Part shown: positions 1-9,031 of the stretch, piece by piece
Numbering within the stretch: the stretch's first letter is position 1
How the letters are laid out: each line of letters begins with the position of its first letter
Origin: an uncultured Acidobacteriota bacterium
GTDB taxonomy: Bacteria; Acidobacteriota; Thermoanaerobaculia; Multivoradales; UBA5704
DNA length: 64,000 nt
Reading direction: 5' to 3'
Assembly (NCBI GenBank): GCA_963700145.1
Contig: OY969474.1
Span: forward strand, 2,720,001-2,784,000
Made by a program: the position numbers and the translations under genes
The notes under the pieces: generated by a model
Seen by the model: the letters and a program-made list of their open reading frames with translations, nothing else
Database searches by the model: none
What the model was told of the DNA's origin: nothing

Positions 1-668
1 ACCTTCCGCCGGCTGCCCATGAGGCCGAGGTAGCGCAGGCCGCGCGGCGCCTGGCGCACGACGCCGGCCATGGCGGCGACGTCGGTCTCCCAGCAGCGCG
101 AGACGACGGCGACGTAGAGCTCGCGGCCGGCGACGCCGGAGAGGAACTCGTCGCCGAAGTCGCGCTCGACCGCGGCGAAGCGGGTGCGCTCCGGGAAGAG
201 CTCGGGGCGGCGGAACTCCTCGCGGTCTTCGACGACCAGGAGGTCGAACCCGGCGAGGGCACCGGCGCGGGCCAGCGCCTGCCCCACCGGGCCGCCACCG
301 CAGATGGCCAGGACCGGCGGCGACTCGACGACCTCGAGGAAGACCTCGGCCATGCCGCCGCAGACCATGCCGGTGGCTTCGCCGCGGGTCGCCTCTTCGG
401 TCAGGTAGTAGCGCTTCACTTCGGAGGCGCCGGCGCCGTTCACCAGCTTGGCCGCGGCGTCGGCCTGCACCATCGCCTCGAAGGCGCCGCCGCCGAGGTT
501 GCCGCAGGCGCTGCCGTCGGGACGGACCAGCAGCTTCCATCCCACTTTCCCCGGCGTCGAGCCGTCGGCGCGCACGATCTGGCAGAGCACAACTCGTCCC
601 CACCGCTGCAAGGAGCGTTCCGTCTCGGCGAGGACCTCGGCGGGGAACGGGGCGACCATCCCGCTCAT
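1..668 (-). CDS. xdhC: XdhC/CoxI-family molybdoenzyme maturation factor (3' end runs off the window)
   Basis: Manual translation from the ATG at 668: MSGMVAPFP...GSTPGKVGWKLLV...GNLGGGAFE...GMVCGG...LAICGGGPVGQALA...DREEF...YLGLMGSRRK. These match XdhC motifs. Absent from the ORF track because there is no stop in the window. Confidence 0.85.
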   Translation of the reverse strand, partial: MSGMVAPFPAEVLAETERSLQRWGRVVLCQIVRADGSTPGKVGWKLLVRPDGSACGNLGGGAFEAMVQADAAAKLVNGAGASEVKRYYLTEEATRGEATGMVCGGMAEVFLEVVESPPVLAICGGGPVGQALARAGALAGFDLLVVEDREEFRRPELFPERTRFAAVERDFGDEFLSGVAGRELYVAVVSRCWETDVAAMAGVVRQAPRGLRYLGLMGSRRK

Positions 669-700
669 TGTACGGCTGTGCGGGCTTCAGGGGGTGGAGG

Positions 701-871
701 CGGGCCGCGGCGTGGGGTGCTCCCCCGCGGGAACCGGCGCGGGCCAAGAGGACTGCGGCGGGAGGGCCCGCGCCTGCGCTTCGCTGCGCGCGGGGTCGTT
801 CTCACTTGCCGGGCGGCTTGCCGGCGCTTGCTCAGAGCTTCCCGTGGGGGAGCACCCCACGCCGCGGCCCG
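701..871. repeat. Intergenic stem-loop repeat, copy 1 (33-bp terminal inverted arms around a conserved core)
   Basis: Arms at 701-733 and 839-871 with 1 mismatch. Core gaggactgcggcgggaggg..cgcgcctgcgcttcgctgcgcgcggg..cttgccggcgcttgctcagagctt is shared with copies 2-4. Confidence 0.85.
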
Positions 872-902
872 GTCACCGTTGGTGTAGGGCACGGGGACGA
901 CG

Positions 903-2267
903 TCACTGCTCGTCGGTCAAGCGTAGGAAGCGCTTCAGGGTGAACCAGCGGTTGCGGAGCTTCCAGAAGCGGCTGGCTTCCATCGCGGCGATGCGGGCGT
1001 GCAGGCCGGCGGTCTCCGCCGCCGCCCGCGCTGCCTCCTCGCGGCGCTCTGCTTCGGTCCGCCACAGCTCTCCTTGGAAGAAGGCCGACTCCTGGCGGGC
1101 GGAGAGGAGGAGCGCCTGGGCCAGGGTGCTGACGTGCACGACGGTGGCGCCGCCGTTGCGGTCGACCAGGCGGACCACGAGCGGCGCCGAGCGGGCCGTG
1201 CCCGCGGGCAGTGACCCCTCGAAGAGCCACCCTGCCTGCAACGCACTCGGCTCGCCGAGGAGCGCCGCGACGTCGGGGCGCTCGCGCTCGATCGGCGCCG
1301 TGCCGAGGAGCGCGCCGTCGAGGAGCACCTCGGCGCGCGCCAAGGGCGTCCCTTCAACGCGCACCGCCCACCCGCGCATTGTCAGGCGTCCGCCGCGCTC
1401 CAGCGCGCACTGCTCGGTGTAGGAGCGCGGCTCGGGGTCGTAGGCGATGCGCGCGAGGTCCGGGCCGCCGGCCGTGCCGACGAGGTAGAGGTCCTGGAAG
1501 TCGCAGAGCCCGCGCCGGAGCCGCCGCACCGGCACCTCGCCGACGGCCCGCGCGATCGCCGCCCGCACGAAGGGCTCGGTGACCCAGGTCGAGCCGTACT
1601 CGCTCGGCGCCAGCGACCCGCTCTCGCTGACCGCCTCGAAGCGGATCCCCGCCGCCGGCATCTCGACGCCGGGGGCCAGCACGCTCTCGTCGTGGACGCT
1701 GAAGGCGAGGAGGCCGCCCGGCGCGAGGAGGGCGTGGAGGCGCGCCAGCCAGGCGACGAAGCGCTCCTCGGGCAGGTGGGTGAAGAGCGAGGTGACGAGC
1801 ACCGCGTCGAAGCGGCGGTCGCAGCGCAGCTCCTCGGGCCGCGCCGCCGAGACGAAGCCGTGCACGCCGAAGCGCTCCTCCTGGAAGCGCACCCCCTCGG
1901 CGTAGACGTCGGCCACCCACACCCGCTCCGGCGGCAGCTCGCGCACCAGGAAGCGGGTCACCCGCCCGTAGCCGCTGGCGAAGTCGAGGAGCGACCCCAC
2001 TCGCTCGACGCCGCCGAAGTGCCCGGCCAGGAGCTGGCGGAAGGCGCCGGCGATCGACAGCCCCGAGCCGGCGTAGACGGCGAGCGCCTGGTCGCGGTCC
2101 CCCTCGGCGCAGTCGAGCAGGAAGCCGAGCATCTCGTCGTCCGGGTGGACGGCGAGGTCCACGTCCTCGGGGGAGAGGCCGGAGGCGGCGAGGAGAGCGC
2201 TGACGAGGGGGGTGGAGGTCACGGCTGCGGGTTCGCGGGGCGGATTGTAAGCGTATGGCAGACTCAT
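903..2267 (-). CDS. Class I SAM-dependent methyltransferase with Ig-like middle domain and C-terminal coiled coil (glycan-capping-like)
   Basis: Motif I LLDFASGYGR; FDAVLVTSLFTHL; C-terminus RIAAMEASRFWKLR. Paralog at 9032-10378. Confidence 0.85.
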   Translation of the reverse strand: MSLPYAYNPPREPAAVTSTPLVSALLAASGLSPEDVDLAVHPDDEMLGFLLDCAEGDRDQALAVYAGSGLSIAGAFRQLLAGHFGGVERVGSLLDFASGYGRVTRFLVRELPPERVWVADVYAEGVRFQEERFGVHGFVSAARPEELRCDRRFDAVLVTSLFTHLPEERFVAWLARLHALLAPGGLLAFSVHDESVLAPGVEMPAAGIRFEAVSESGSLAPSEYGSTWVTEPFVRAAIARAVGEVPVRRLRRGLCDFQDLYLVGTAGGPDLARIAYDPEPRSYTEQCALERGGRLTMRGWAVRVEGTPLARAEVLLDGALLGTAPIERERPDVAALLGEPSALQAGWLFEGSLPAGTARSAPLVVRLVDRNGGATVVHVSTLAQALLLSARQESAFFQGELWRTEAERREEAARAAAETAGLHARIAAMEASRFWKLRNRWFTLKRFLRLTDEQ

Positions 2268-2725
2268 CGCGCTCGATGCCCCCTTCTCCTCTACGCGCCG
2301 CGGTGCTCGGGCTGCTGGTGGCCTGCGCGGCGCTCGGGTTCCTGGCTTCGCTCGGGGACGGGCTCGCCGGCTACGACGCGCGCCACGCGCGCGCCGGGCC
2401 GCCGCTCTCCTGGCGCTTCGGCCGGGCGCCGGTCGCCGCGCTCGAGACCTGCCTCGCGGCGGCCCGGCCCCATCTGCCGCCGGTGGGCGTCGTCGCCTTC
2501 GCCGGCCCGGCCGAGCCGCGCGGCGAGGCCTTCCTGCGCTGGCGCTGGGCCAGCTACTTCCTGCCCGAGCGCGACGTCGTGCGCTGGGGCAGCGCGGCGG
2601 CGGCGGGCGCCACGCACGTCGTCGCCTGCCGCCGCGCGCTCGGCGGCGACCCGCGGCTCGCCGAGGTGGCGCGCCTGCCGGCCGGGCGGCTCTACCGAAT
2701 ACGAACGGCGGAGACGGCGCGTTGA
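2255..2725 (+). CDS. Hypothetical membrane-anchored protein
   Basis: N-terminal hydrophobic helix. Its stop overlaps the start of the next gene. Confidence 0.65.
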   Translation: MADSSRSMPPSPLRAAVLGLLVACAALGFLASLGDGLAGYDARHARAGPPLSWRFGRAPVAALETCLAAARPHLPPVGVVAFAGPAEPRGEAFLRWRWASYFLPERDVVRWGSAAAAGATHVVACRRALGGDPRLAEVARLPAGRLYRIRTAETAR

Positions 2726-4005
2726 GCGCCCTGCTCCTCGCGCTCCTCCTGCTCGCCGTGGGGAGCCGCTTCGCCGGCCTCCTCGCCGGGCCGCGCGACG
2801 GCCGCGCGCAGCGGCTGGTCCTGTCGTGGGTCGCCGGCCTCCTGGCGCTCTACCTCCTTCAGATGGCTTGCGACCTCGCCGGACTGCGCTGGAGCCGCTG
2901 GAGCCTGGGGCTCGGCCTCCTCACCGTCGCCCTGGCCGCGCACCGCTTCCTGCCCCGCCCGCGCGAGACGCCGGCCTTCGCCTCCGACCTCGGCTGGGGG
3001 GACGCGGTGGCGCTCGCCGCGCTCGCCGCCTTCACCCTCTTCGCCCCGACGCTCTGGGTGACGACGCCCGACTGGGCCTACCACTGGGGACTCAAGGGGC
3101 ACCGCTTCTTCTTGGCCGGCGGCATCGACTACGAGCTCCTCACTCGTCCCTGGAGCGCCAGCCTCCACCCCGACTACCCGAACCTCCTGCCCGGCCTCTA
3201 CGCGGCGACCGCTGTCCTCGCCGGCCGCTTCGCGGCGGCGCCGCAGATGCTCTGGTCGGTCTTCTTCTGCGCCGCGCTCCTCGCCGCGGCGCGCGAGCTG
3301 CTGCGCGCCGAGGGCGTGGACCGAGCCGCGCGGCAGGCGATGACCGCGCTCCTCGCGCTCCTCGTCTGCGGCTTCGCGCTGCGCCAGCTCGCGGCGGGCG
3401 GCGCCGACTGGCCGCTGGCGCTCGCCTTCGTCCTCGCCCTGCCGGCGCTGCTCGGCGCGCGCGACCCCGGCCTCGACCCCGCGGCCGAATGGCAGCTCGG
3501 CCTCGCCGCGGCGCTCGCCGCCGGCGGCAAGATCGAGGGCGTGGCGCTCGCCGCGATCCTGGTCGCCGTCTACGCCGTCTGCCGCGGCCGCCGGCTGCGC
3601 CCGGCGACGCTGGCGCGCACCGCCCTCCTGCCGCTCGCCGTCGCCCTCCCCTGGCTCGTTCAGGCGCTCCGCCACGACCTCTTCCTCGACTACGACGCCG
3701 GCGGCCCCAGCCTGCGCCACGCCGGCGCGGTCGGCGCGGCGCTCGTCGAGGCACTCGGGCGCCGCGAGTGGAGCGGCCTGGCGGTGGCCGCCCTGCTCCC
3801 CCTGCCGCTGCTCTTCGCCCGGCGCGCGCGCGCCTTCGCGGTCGCCGCGATCCTGCAGCTCGGCTTCTACGGCTACGTATACCTCTCGGCGCTCTCCGAC
3901 CAGCGCTTCTACGTGCTCTCGACCTTCTCGCGCCTCGCGCTCCACGTACTGCCGGCCGCATTGGTCGCCGCGGCGGCGGCCTGGCTGCGGGAGCGGCCGC
4001 GGTGA
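2722..4005 (+). CDS. Polytopic membrane protein, probable GT-C glycosyltransferase
   Basis: Many TM helices, with DWAYHWGLKG, HPDYP and K.EG motifs seen in GT-C-like proteins. Translationally coupled to both neighbours. Confidence 0.7.
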   Translation: MSALLLALLLLAVGSRFAGLLAGPRDGRAQRLVLSWVAGLLALYLLQMACDLAGLRWSRWSLGLGLLTVALAAHRFLPRPRETPAFASDLGWGDAVALAALAAFTLFAPTLWVTTPDWAYHWGLKGHRFFLAGGIDYELLTRPWSASLHPDYPNLLPGLYAATAVLAGRFAAAPQMLWSVFFCAALLAAARELLRAEGVDRAARQAMTALLALLVCGFALRQLAAGGADWPLALAFVLALPALLGARDPGLDPAAEWQLGLAAALAAGGKIEGVALAAILVAVYAVCRGRRLRPATLARTALLPLAVALPWLVQALRHDLFLDYDAGGPSLRHAGAVGAALVEALGRREWSGLAVAALLPLPLLFARRARAFAVAAILQLGFYGYVYLSALSDQRFYVLSTFSRLALHVLPAALVAAAAAWLRERPR

Positions 4006-6401
4006 GCGCCGTGGACTGGCGGCTGGTCGCCGTCCTCGTCCTCCTCCTCGCGCTGCTCCAGGGCGTCTGCCTCCTCCTGGCGCGCGGCTTGGGCATGCGC
4101 CTGCGCCGCCCGGCGGTCGCGCTCGGCCTGGCGCTGCCGCTCGTGCTGCTCGCGCCCTGGCTGGTGCAAGGACGGCTGCTCGTGCCTTGCAACCTGCTGC
4201 GCGTCCTGCCCGACGTCCACCGCACCGTGCCGGAGGCGCTGCCCGCCGCTGCCGCCGACCCCTACGACGTGCTCAGCGACGTCGTCTACCAGCTCCTGCC
4301 CTGGGAGCTGGAGGTGCGCCACGCGCTCGCCGCCCGGCGGCTCCCCTTCTGGTCGGACGCTGTGGACGGCGGCTGCAGTCTCTGGGCGAACCCGCAGGCC
4401 GGCGCGGCGGCGCCGCTGGCGATGCTGGCGCGCGCCGTCCCCATCCAGCACCACCTCTTGGCGGCGCTGGCGCTCAAGCTCCTCCTCGCCTTCGAGGGGA
4501 CGTGGCTGCTTTGCCGGCGAGTGGGGCGGAGCCGCGCGGCGTCGCTCCTCGCCGCCGGCGCCTTCGCGCTCGGCGGCGGCCTCGTCGGTTGGGGGCTCTA
4601 CCCGATCAGCTCGGCGCTGGCCTGGGTCCCCTGGCTCGCGGTGGGGACGATCGGGCTCTGCCGGCGGCCGCGGCCGCGGGCGATCGCGACGACCGCCCTC
4701 GTCACCGTGGCGCTCCTGCTTTCCGGACACCCGGAGACGGCGGCGATCGGCGGTCTCTTCGCCGCGGTCTGCGGCCTCGCCCTGGCGCGCCGGCGCGGTC
4801 TGGCACGCGGCCTCCTGGCGGCCGGCGTCGCGGCGGCGCTCGGCTTCGCGCTGGCGGCGCCGCACCTCCTCCCCTTCCTCCACCTGCTGCCGGAGTCGCA
4901 GCGGGCGCAGGAGACGCTGGCCGAGACGATGCCGGAGTACCGGTTCGAGCCGGCGAACCCGCTCACCTGGTTCCTCTTCCCGCACCACCTCTTCCTCGTC
5001 TCGCCGGTGAATCCGCACGTTTACGGGCGGCCGTTCCGCGATCCCTTCCGCGGCCCCTTCGTCTGGCCGGAGGCGGTGAGCGGCTACGTCGGCGTGCTCC
5101 TCTTCGCCGGCGCGCTGGCGGCGCTCTGGGCCTGGCGCGACCGGCGTGTGCGGCCCTTCCTCGTCTTCGCCTTCGCGGCGGTGCTGATCACCGCGCGCTG
5201 GCTGCCCTTCGCCCACCTCGCCTACGCCCTGCCGCCGCTGCGCGTCACCGCCTGGTCGCGCTTCCTCGGCGTCGGCGCGCTGGCGCTGGTCGTGGCCGGC
5301 GCCTTCGGGCTCGACCGCATGCTCACGCGGCGGAGCGGACGCCTGGGACTCTGGATCGCCGTCGCCGCCGCCGCCGCGCTGAGCCTGGCGGTGCACGCCG
5401 ATGCCTGGGTGGTCGGGCTCTGGCTCCTCGTCGCGGCGGCGGTCCTCGCGGCGCGCTGGAGCCGCCGCCTCGGCGTCGCCCTCGCGGCGCTCGCGGTGCT
5501 CGTCGATCTCGTCCCCTGGTCGCGCTCGCTCCTGCCCTCCTGCCCGCCGGCGCTCTTCTACCCGCGGACGGAGATGACCGAGCTGATGGCGCGCGAGGCG
5601 GGGCCGGCGACGACGGGGCGCGCCGCCGGCGCGCTGCAGCTCCTCTTCCCCTCGCTCCTGCCGGTCTACGACATCGCCGACCCGCGCCCCCACAACCCCT
5701 TGGCGCCCATGTCTCAGCTCCGGGTGCTCGACGCGGCGTTCGGCTTCGCGCCGACACAGCTCCGCTACTTCCCGCGCTTCGATAACGTCGACCACCCGCT
5801 CCTCGACTTCCTCAACGTCCGGGTAGTCATGGGCAGTGTCGGGCTCGATCCCCCGACGACGCTCGAGCGGATCGACGCCGGCCGCTACGGCCTCTACCAG
5901 GTCTACCGCAACCCCGACGCCCTGCCGCGCTGGTTCCTCACCGACCGGGCGCGGGTCGTCGAGCGCGGCGCGCTGCGGGCCTGGATCGAAAGGCTCGCCG
6001 ATCCGCGGGAGGTGGCGCTGCCGCCCGAAGCGGGCGGCTGGCGGCCCACGCCGGGCGCCACCGGCGGCCTGCGCGTCCGCGCGCCGGCGCCCGGCCGGCT
6101 GGTCTTCGCGGTGCCGCCCGAAGGCGAGAAGCTGCTGGCGACCTCGCTGCCCGCGGCGCCCGGCTGGCGGGCACGCTCCGCCGGCGGCGCCGCGCGCCTC
6201 CTCAGGATCGACGGCGCGTTCGTCGGGCTGGCGATCCCGGCCGGCGTCTCACGCGTCGAGCTGGCGTTCGTGCCGGCCGGCTTCGTTCCCGGCCTCGTCG
6301 CCGGCTCCGCCGCGGCGCTCGCCGTCGGCGCGCTCCTCCTCGCGCCGCGCCGGCGGCGCCACCGTCCAGGCGGCGAGCAGCGCCAGCGCGACGGCGCCTA
6401 G
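4002..6401 (+). CDS. YfhO-like GT-C membrane protein
   Basis: Likely start is GTG at 4002 (GTGA overlap), within track ORF 1692-6401. Motifs DVVYQLLPW, LPFW...ANPQ, SGHPE, YRNPDALPR, PGWRA. Confidence 0.8.
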   Translation: MSAVDWRLVAVLVLLLALLQGVCLLLARGLGMRLRRPAVALGLALPLVLLAPWLVQGRLLVPCNLLRVLPDVHRTVPEALPAAAADPYDVLSDVVYQLLPWELEVRHALAARRLPFWSDAVDGGCSLWANPQAGAAAPLAMLARAVPIQHHLLAALALKLLLAFEGTWLLCRRVGRSRAASLLAAGAFALGGGLVGWGLYPISSALAWVPWLAVGTIGLCRRPRPRAIATTALVTVALLLSGHPETAAIGGLFAAVCGLALARRRGLARGLLAAGVAAALGFALAAPHLLPFLHLLPESQRAQETLAETMPEYRFEPANPLTWFLFPHHLFLVSPVNPHVYGRPFRDPFRGPFVWPEAVSGYVGVLLFAGALAALWAWRDRRVRPFLVFAFAAVLITARWLPFAHLAYALPPLRVTAWSRFLGVGALALVVAGAFGLDRMLTRRSGRLGLWIAVAAAAALSLAVHADAWVVGLWLLVAAAVLAARWSRRLGVALAALAVLVDLVPWSRSLLPSCPPALFYPRTEMTELMAREAGPATTGRAAGALQLLFPSLLPVYDIADPRPHNPLAPMSQLRVLDAAFGFAPTQLRYFPRFDNVDHPLLDFLNVRVVMGSVGLDPPTTLERIDAGRYGLYQVYRNPDALPRWFLTDRARVVERGALRAWIERLADPREVALPPEAGGWRPTPGATGGLRVRAPAPGRLVFAVPPEGEKLLATSLPAAPGWRARSAGGAARLLRIDGAFVGLAIPAGVSRVELAFVPAGFVPGLVAGSAAALAVGALLLAPRRRRHRPGGEQRQRDGA

Positions 6402-8774
6402 GGCGCACCCCGCGACGAATGCCGGCGGCCGGTAGAGCAGGTGGACGGCGAAGTCGCCCGCCGGCAGCCAGGCGCCGGCCAGGGGACCGTTGACCTCGAC
6501 GACCGGCCGGCGCCGGCCGCCGGCGAGGAGGCGCCAGTTGCCGTCCGCGAAGACGCTGGAGGCGAGAAGGCGCGGCTCGGCGAGCGCCGCGGCGGCGTCG
6601 ATCCGCGCCGCCTCCAGCCGCGTCAGCCGCAGCGTCGAGAGTGCGGGGGCGCGCGCCGCCCAGTGCCCGCGGCCGTCCGGCAGGCGCTCGACGACGGCCT
6701 GCCGCGCGAAGTGGCGGTTGCGCTCCAGCCAGGAGGGCCAGGAGCCCTGGGAATAGGCTTCGGCGGCCGCCGGCAGGAAGAGGCGCGGCAACGGGCGCGG
6801 CCGCTCGTAGATCCAACCCGCGGGGTCCTCCAGCACCCGCCGCAGCGGCGGCTTGTGCCGCACTCCCGGCCGCGTCAGGGCGTAGCGCACTCCCAGGAGG
6901 TCGTAGAGCGCGTGGCGCGGCCGCCCGAACTCCGGGATCACCCACCCCGGCGAGCGGGTGAGCGGGGCGACGAAGTGCTGGTAGAGCGCCGGGCTGATCG
7001 GGTTGTAGACCCGCACGTCCGCCAGGCCGTAGAGGCTGGGCAGGTTGGGGGGGAAGACCGAGCCGAGCCCCACCATCCGCTGCCCCGTCCCGAGGTGGCG
7101 CTGCAGGAAAGCGACCGGCGGCGGCGCCGCGAAAGCGAGCTGCTTCGGCATAGGCGGGTTCTCCGGCCCGTGCGCGGCGAGGAGCTCGAGCGCGACGATG
7201 AGGGCCAAGAGCGCCGGCGCCCAGCGGTGCGCCGGCTCCCGCCACCGCGCCGCGGCGAGGACGCTCGCCGCCGCGGCGGCGAGCGCCGCGAGCTGCCCCC
7301 AGAGCCAGCGCGTGCGGAGCTCCGCCAGCGCCTCGCCGCCGTGGGGGTGCGCCACGTACGCCCAGCCGATCAGGAGCGCCAGGAGCAGCGCCCAGGCGAG
7401 GACCAGCGGCGCGCGCCGCGCCAGCTCGCCGCGCCGCAGCCGCTCCACCGTGCAGGCCGCGAGGTAGGGCAGCGCGAAGGCCACCAGCAGCAGGAGCCGC
7501 CGGTTGTGATGGGCGGCGGTGGCGCCCACGAACGGCAGCTCGTAGGTCAGCGCCGCGAGCCCCTGCGGTTGGGCGAGGAGGACGAGCGCGACGACCAGCG
7601 CGCCCCAGACTAGGCGCTCTTGCGGGAAGCGGCGCGGCGCGGCCAGGCCGAGCAGCGCCAGCAGCAGCGTCGCGGTGCCGGTGAAGGCGGTCGAGTTGTC
7701 GTTCGAGTTGATCTCCCCCCAGTAGTGTCCGAGGCGGCTGGCGCCGAAGGCGAAGGGGGAGGAGATCGGCAGCAGGCGCTGGCCGGCCAGCGTCCGCCAG
7801 GCGGCTTGCGCTTCGGGGTCGGCGAGCTCGGCGCGCAGCTCGGGCCAGCCGCGCGCGCCGTACGCGAACGCCAGGGCTTGCGCCCGCTCGCTCTTGGGGA
7901 GGTGCTCGAGCATCGGCAGCCAGACCGGCGCCGCGGCGCCGGCGGCGAGCGCCGCGGTGACCGCGGCGGTGGCGAGCAGCGGCAGGCGCGCGCCGCGCGG
8001 CCGGCGGCGCACGCGGGCGAGCAGGAAGGCGGCGGCGAGCGCGCCGGCGTAGAAGATCACCTCCGGGTGGCCGGCGGCGAGGAGCGCGAAAAGGGCGAGC
8101 CAGAGAAACAGGCGGTCGGCGCGGCGGCCGCTCTCGTCGCAGCGCACGATCGCGTAGAGGACCGCCGGCAGGAGCGCGGCGGCGTTGACGATCGGCCAGC
8201 CCAGCCAGATGAGGAGGAAACCGGAGAGGCCGTAGGCCAGGCTGCCGCAGAGGCTCGCCGCCTCCCCCAGCCCTTGCCGCCGCAGCAGCAGGAACATGAA
8301 GGCGAGGGCGACGAAAAGGCGGAGAAAGGCGGTGATCCCGGCCGCCTGCGGCAGCGGGAAGGGCCAAGCGAGGAGGACGAGCGGCTGGAAGACCTGCGAC
8401 TGCGGATCGGCGAGGAGCGGGATGCCGGCGGCGACCAGCGGGTCCCAGAGCGGCCAGCGGCCGGCGGCGACGGCGTGCCGCACCGCGCGCTGGGTCGGCG
8501 CGATCTGCTGCAGCAGGTCGAGCTGGTGGTTGCCGGGCGGGTCGGTGGGGGGCAGGTGCTGGAAGGGCGGGGTGAGCCGGAGGCTGTCGAGCGGGAGGAG
8601 AACGCGGCCGCCGAAGAGGACCGGGCCGAGGAGCGGCAGGAGGACGAGCGCGAAGGCCAGGAGCGCGCGGCGCGGCAGCGGGTCGAACCAGCGGCGGAGG
8701 GCGCCGAGCAGCAGGCCGGCGAGCGCCAGCGCGTAGAGGCCCGGCAGCAGGTCTAGCGGGCGCCAGTCGGGCAT
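6249..8774 (-). CDS. YfhO-like GT-C membrane protein (paralog)
   Basis: WPLWDP...GIPLLADPQ, GHPE, YERPRPLPR; many TM helices. Confidence 0.8.
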   Translation of the reverse strand: MPDWRPLDLLPGLYALALAGLLLGALRRWFDPLPRRALLAFALVLLPLLGPVLFGGRVLLPLDSLRLTPPFQHLPPTDPPGNHQLDLLQQIAPTQRAVRHAVAAGRWPLWDPLVAAGIPLLADPQSQVFQPLVLLAWPFPLPQAAGITAFLRLFVALAFMFLLLRRQGLGEAASLCGSLAYGLSGFLLIWLGWPIVNAAALLPAVLYAIVRCDESGRRADRLFLWLALFALLAAGHPEVIFYAGALAAAFLLARVRRRPRGARLPLLATAAVTAALAAGAAAPVWLPMLEHLPKSERAQALAFAYGARGWPELRAELADPEAQAAWRTLAGQRLLPISSPFAFGASRLGHYWGEINSNDNSTAFTGTATLLLALLGLAAPRRFPQERLVWGALVVALVLLAQPQGLAALTYELPFVGATAAHHNRRLLLLVAFALPYLAACTVERLRRGELARRAPLVLAWALLLALLIGWAYVAHPHGGEALAELRTRWLWGQLAALAAAAASVLAAARWREPAHRWAPALLALIVALELLAAHGPENPPMPKQLAFAAPPPVAFLQRHLGTGQRMVGLGSVFPPNLPSLYGLADVRVYNPISPALYQHFVAPLTRSPGWVIPEFGRPRHALYDLLGVRYALTRPGVRHKPPLRRVLEDPAGWIYERPRPLPRLFLPAAAEAYSQGSWPSWLERNRHFARQAVVERLPDGRGHWAARAPALSTLRLTRLEAARIDAAAALAEPRLLASSVFADGNWRLLAGGRRRPVVEVNGPLAGAWLPAGDFAVHLLYRPPAFVAGCALGAVALALLAAWTVAPPARREEERADGERRGGAGDEAGNEAGRHERQLDA

Positions 8775-8795
8775 GTGGGCGCGATGGTAACGCGA

Positions 8796-8956
8796 GGGCC
8801 GCGGCGGGGGCTCGCGCCGGGAACCGCCGCGAGCCTGGAGGACTGCAGCGGGGAGGCTCGCGGCTGCGCTTCGCTGCGCGCGGGATCGGTGGAGGACTGC
8901 GGTGGGGTTGCTAGCGCTTGCTCAGAGCTTCCCGGCGCGAGCCCCCGCCGCGGCCC
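8796..8956. repeat. Intergenic stem-loop repeat, copy 2
   Basis: Perfect 28-bp arms at 8796-8823 and 8929-8956; same core as copy 1. Confidence 0.85.
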
Positions 8957-8986
8957 GGGACCGTTTGCGCGCAGAAGCGCTCCGCC

Positions 8987-9013
8987 TGTCATCCTGAGCG
9001 AAGCGAAGGATCT
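8987..9013 (+). repeat. REP-like palindrome TGTCATCCTGAGCGAAGCGAAGGATCT
   Basis: Identical copy at 10625-10651; ATCCT/AGGAT stem. Confidence 0.75.
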
Positions 9014-9031
9014 GGGCGGGGGGAGTTGGAG

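Noticed and set aside
1692-4001. N-terminal half of the 1569-aa track ORF
   Set aside because: Arg/Pro/Ala-rich shadow frame over better-supported genes; the likely start is GTG at 4002.
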